Source: Nitrospinales bacterium
GTDB taxonomy: Bacteria > Nitrospinota > Nitrospinia > Nitrospinales > JAJDAT01
Length of the DNA: 16,875 bases
Direction: 5' to 3'
NCBI GenBank assembly: GCA_046757665.1
Contig: JBHHYO010000059.1
Span: 1 to 16,875, forward strand
Numbering within the stretch: position 1 is the stretch's first letter; each line of letters opens with the position of its first letter. Of the stretch, positions 15,884 to 16,875 are shown piece after piece. The notes beneath the pieces were generated by a model, which saw only the letters and a program-made list of their open reading frames with translations, ran no database searches and had not been told where the DNA came from. The position numbers and the translations under genes were made by a program.

Positions 15884-16600
15884 ATGAAAGAACAACTTGC
15901 AAAACCGGGTTTTTTGGTTGAATCGGGAACCGTCGGCGCGGATGTCAGTTATCTGCTCGCCGTCGTTTTCACGGTGTTGTTTATGCTTTCCTGGCGGCTG
16001 GCCAAAAGGGGGCAGGGCACCCGGCACCACAACCTGATCTTCATTTCCATGGTCTCCATGGTGGCGTACTTTGTCACGTATTACTGGTTTCGCCAGCTCG
16101 GCGTTCTGGTATTGCAAGGCAAGGAGGGATTCGGCGGGCCCGAGGAGGTTTACGCCAACGTTTTCATGCCCATCCTGACAGCCCATCTGGTGCTGGTGAC
16201 GCTGGGGCTCATCATGGCTTTTTACATGACCATCGAGGGATTTCGCGCCAGCCGGAAAACGGACGGCGTTTACACCCTGACGGAGGGGGAGCTTAAGATG
16301 CGGCCCAAAACCTTCCGGACCGTCATGTGGACGCTGTTCGCGTTTTGGGCCGTCAACCAGATGGTTTTAATTTTCGTCCGCCATGCCTCGTGGCAAACCA
16401 GCCTGGCGTGGGCCATCATATTCGGCGTCATTGCCCTGGTCGTCGGCATCGAAAAGCTCATCGAGAAATGGGCTCCGGACGGCGCCCGGCGGCACCGCCT
16501 GCTGGGCCGGGGGACCATGATTATTTATGCCCTGCTTCTGGTCACCAGCACACTCACCTACTTGATGCTATACGTCATCTACCCCGTCAAACACGTGTAG
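15884..16600 (+). CDS. DUF420-family membrane protein
   Basis: ATG 15884 after GAAGG; AKRGQGTRHH..M, FGGPEEVY...ILTAHLVL, RHRLLGR...TSTLTYLMLY match DUF420. Confidence 0.85.
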   Translation: MKEQLAKPGFLVESGTVGADVSYLLAVVFTVLFMLSWRLAKRGQGTRHHNLIFISMVSMVAYFVTYYWFRQLGVLVLQGKEGFGGPEEVYANVFMPILTAHLVLVTLGLIMAFYMTIEGFRASRKTDGVYTLTEGELKMRPKTFRTVMWTLFAFWAVNQMVLIFVRHASWQTSLAWAIIFGVIALVVGIEKLIEKWAPDGARRHRLLGRGTMIIYALLLVTSTLTYLMLYVIYPVKHV

Positions 16601-16875
16601 GTTCCGGAAAAGTTCTCAACCCGATTTTGCTAAAAAACCGGGCTGGGGAACTGCCGCCCCCTCTAACCTCCAATTGTGGATGGGACAAGCCCTCTCTGAT
16701 CAAGGCATGTACTTGAAATTTTTTAAGACCCCAATCTATTGGGTTGCAAGCATTTTACTTGTTTTTCTATTGTTGGAAATTGTTGTTCGTACTTTTATGC
16801 CGCAGAAAATCGATCCTATTCTCTATCAGGTTGCTGAAAAACTCATGATTTTTAGAAATTCTTATCCTGCTGATA

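Noticed and set aside
1-16875. CRISPR array
   Set aside because: No regularly spaced ~36-nt repeats seen; the array is expected beyond cas1/cas2, left of the window.

Overview
GC-rich bacterial chromosome segment with a lower-GC type II-C CRISPR-Cas module at its left edge. The module contains the 5' end of cas1 (1-73, minus, missed by the ORF track), an apparently intact compact cas9 (70-3162, minus, 1030 aa) and a divergently transcribed tracrRNA (~3218-3338, plus). The most striking signal is in the tracrRNA. Its 5' end carries a short repeat mimic (GTTACC-A-GATCA) that folds back on its own anti-repeat behind an 11-13 nt free leader, which is the layout of a natural single-guide RNA (tracr-L-like). 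It is transcribed from a promoter overlapping the predicted cas9 promoter. No CRISPR array is in the window. To the right, in order: a MauG/CcP-family di-haem peroxidase divergent from a probably leaderless oxyR, a monohaem cytochrome c and a DUF1264 gene, dapF-dapA-dapB followed by a Tat-exported MsrP/sulfite-oxidase-family protein and an FGE-sulfatase-domain lipoprotein, a FadF/HdrD-like membrane Fe-S oxidoreductase, and then a lipoprotein, an HmuY-family protein, a hypothetical protein, a small membrane protein and a DUF420 protein. The gene content is reminiscent of Nitrospinota, but that is an unverified inference.
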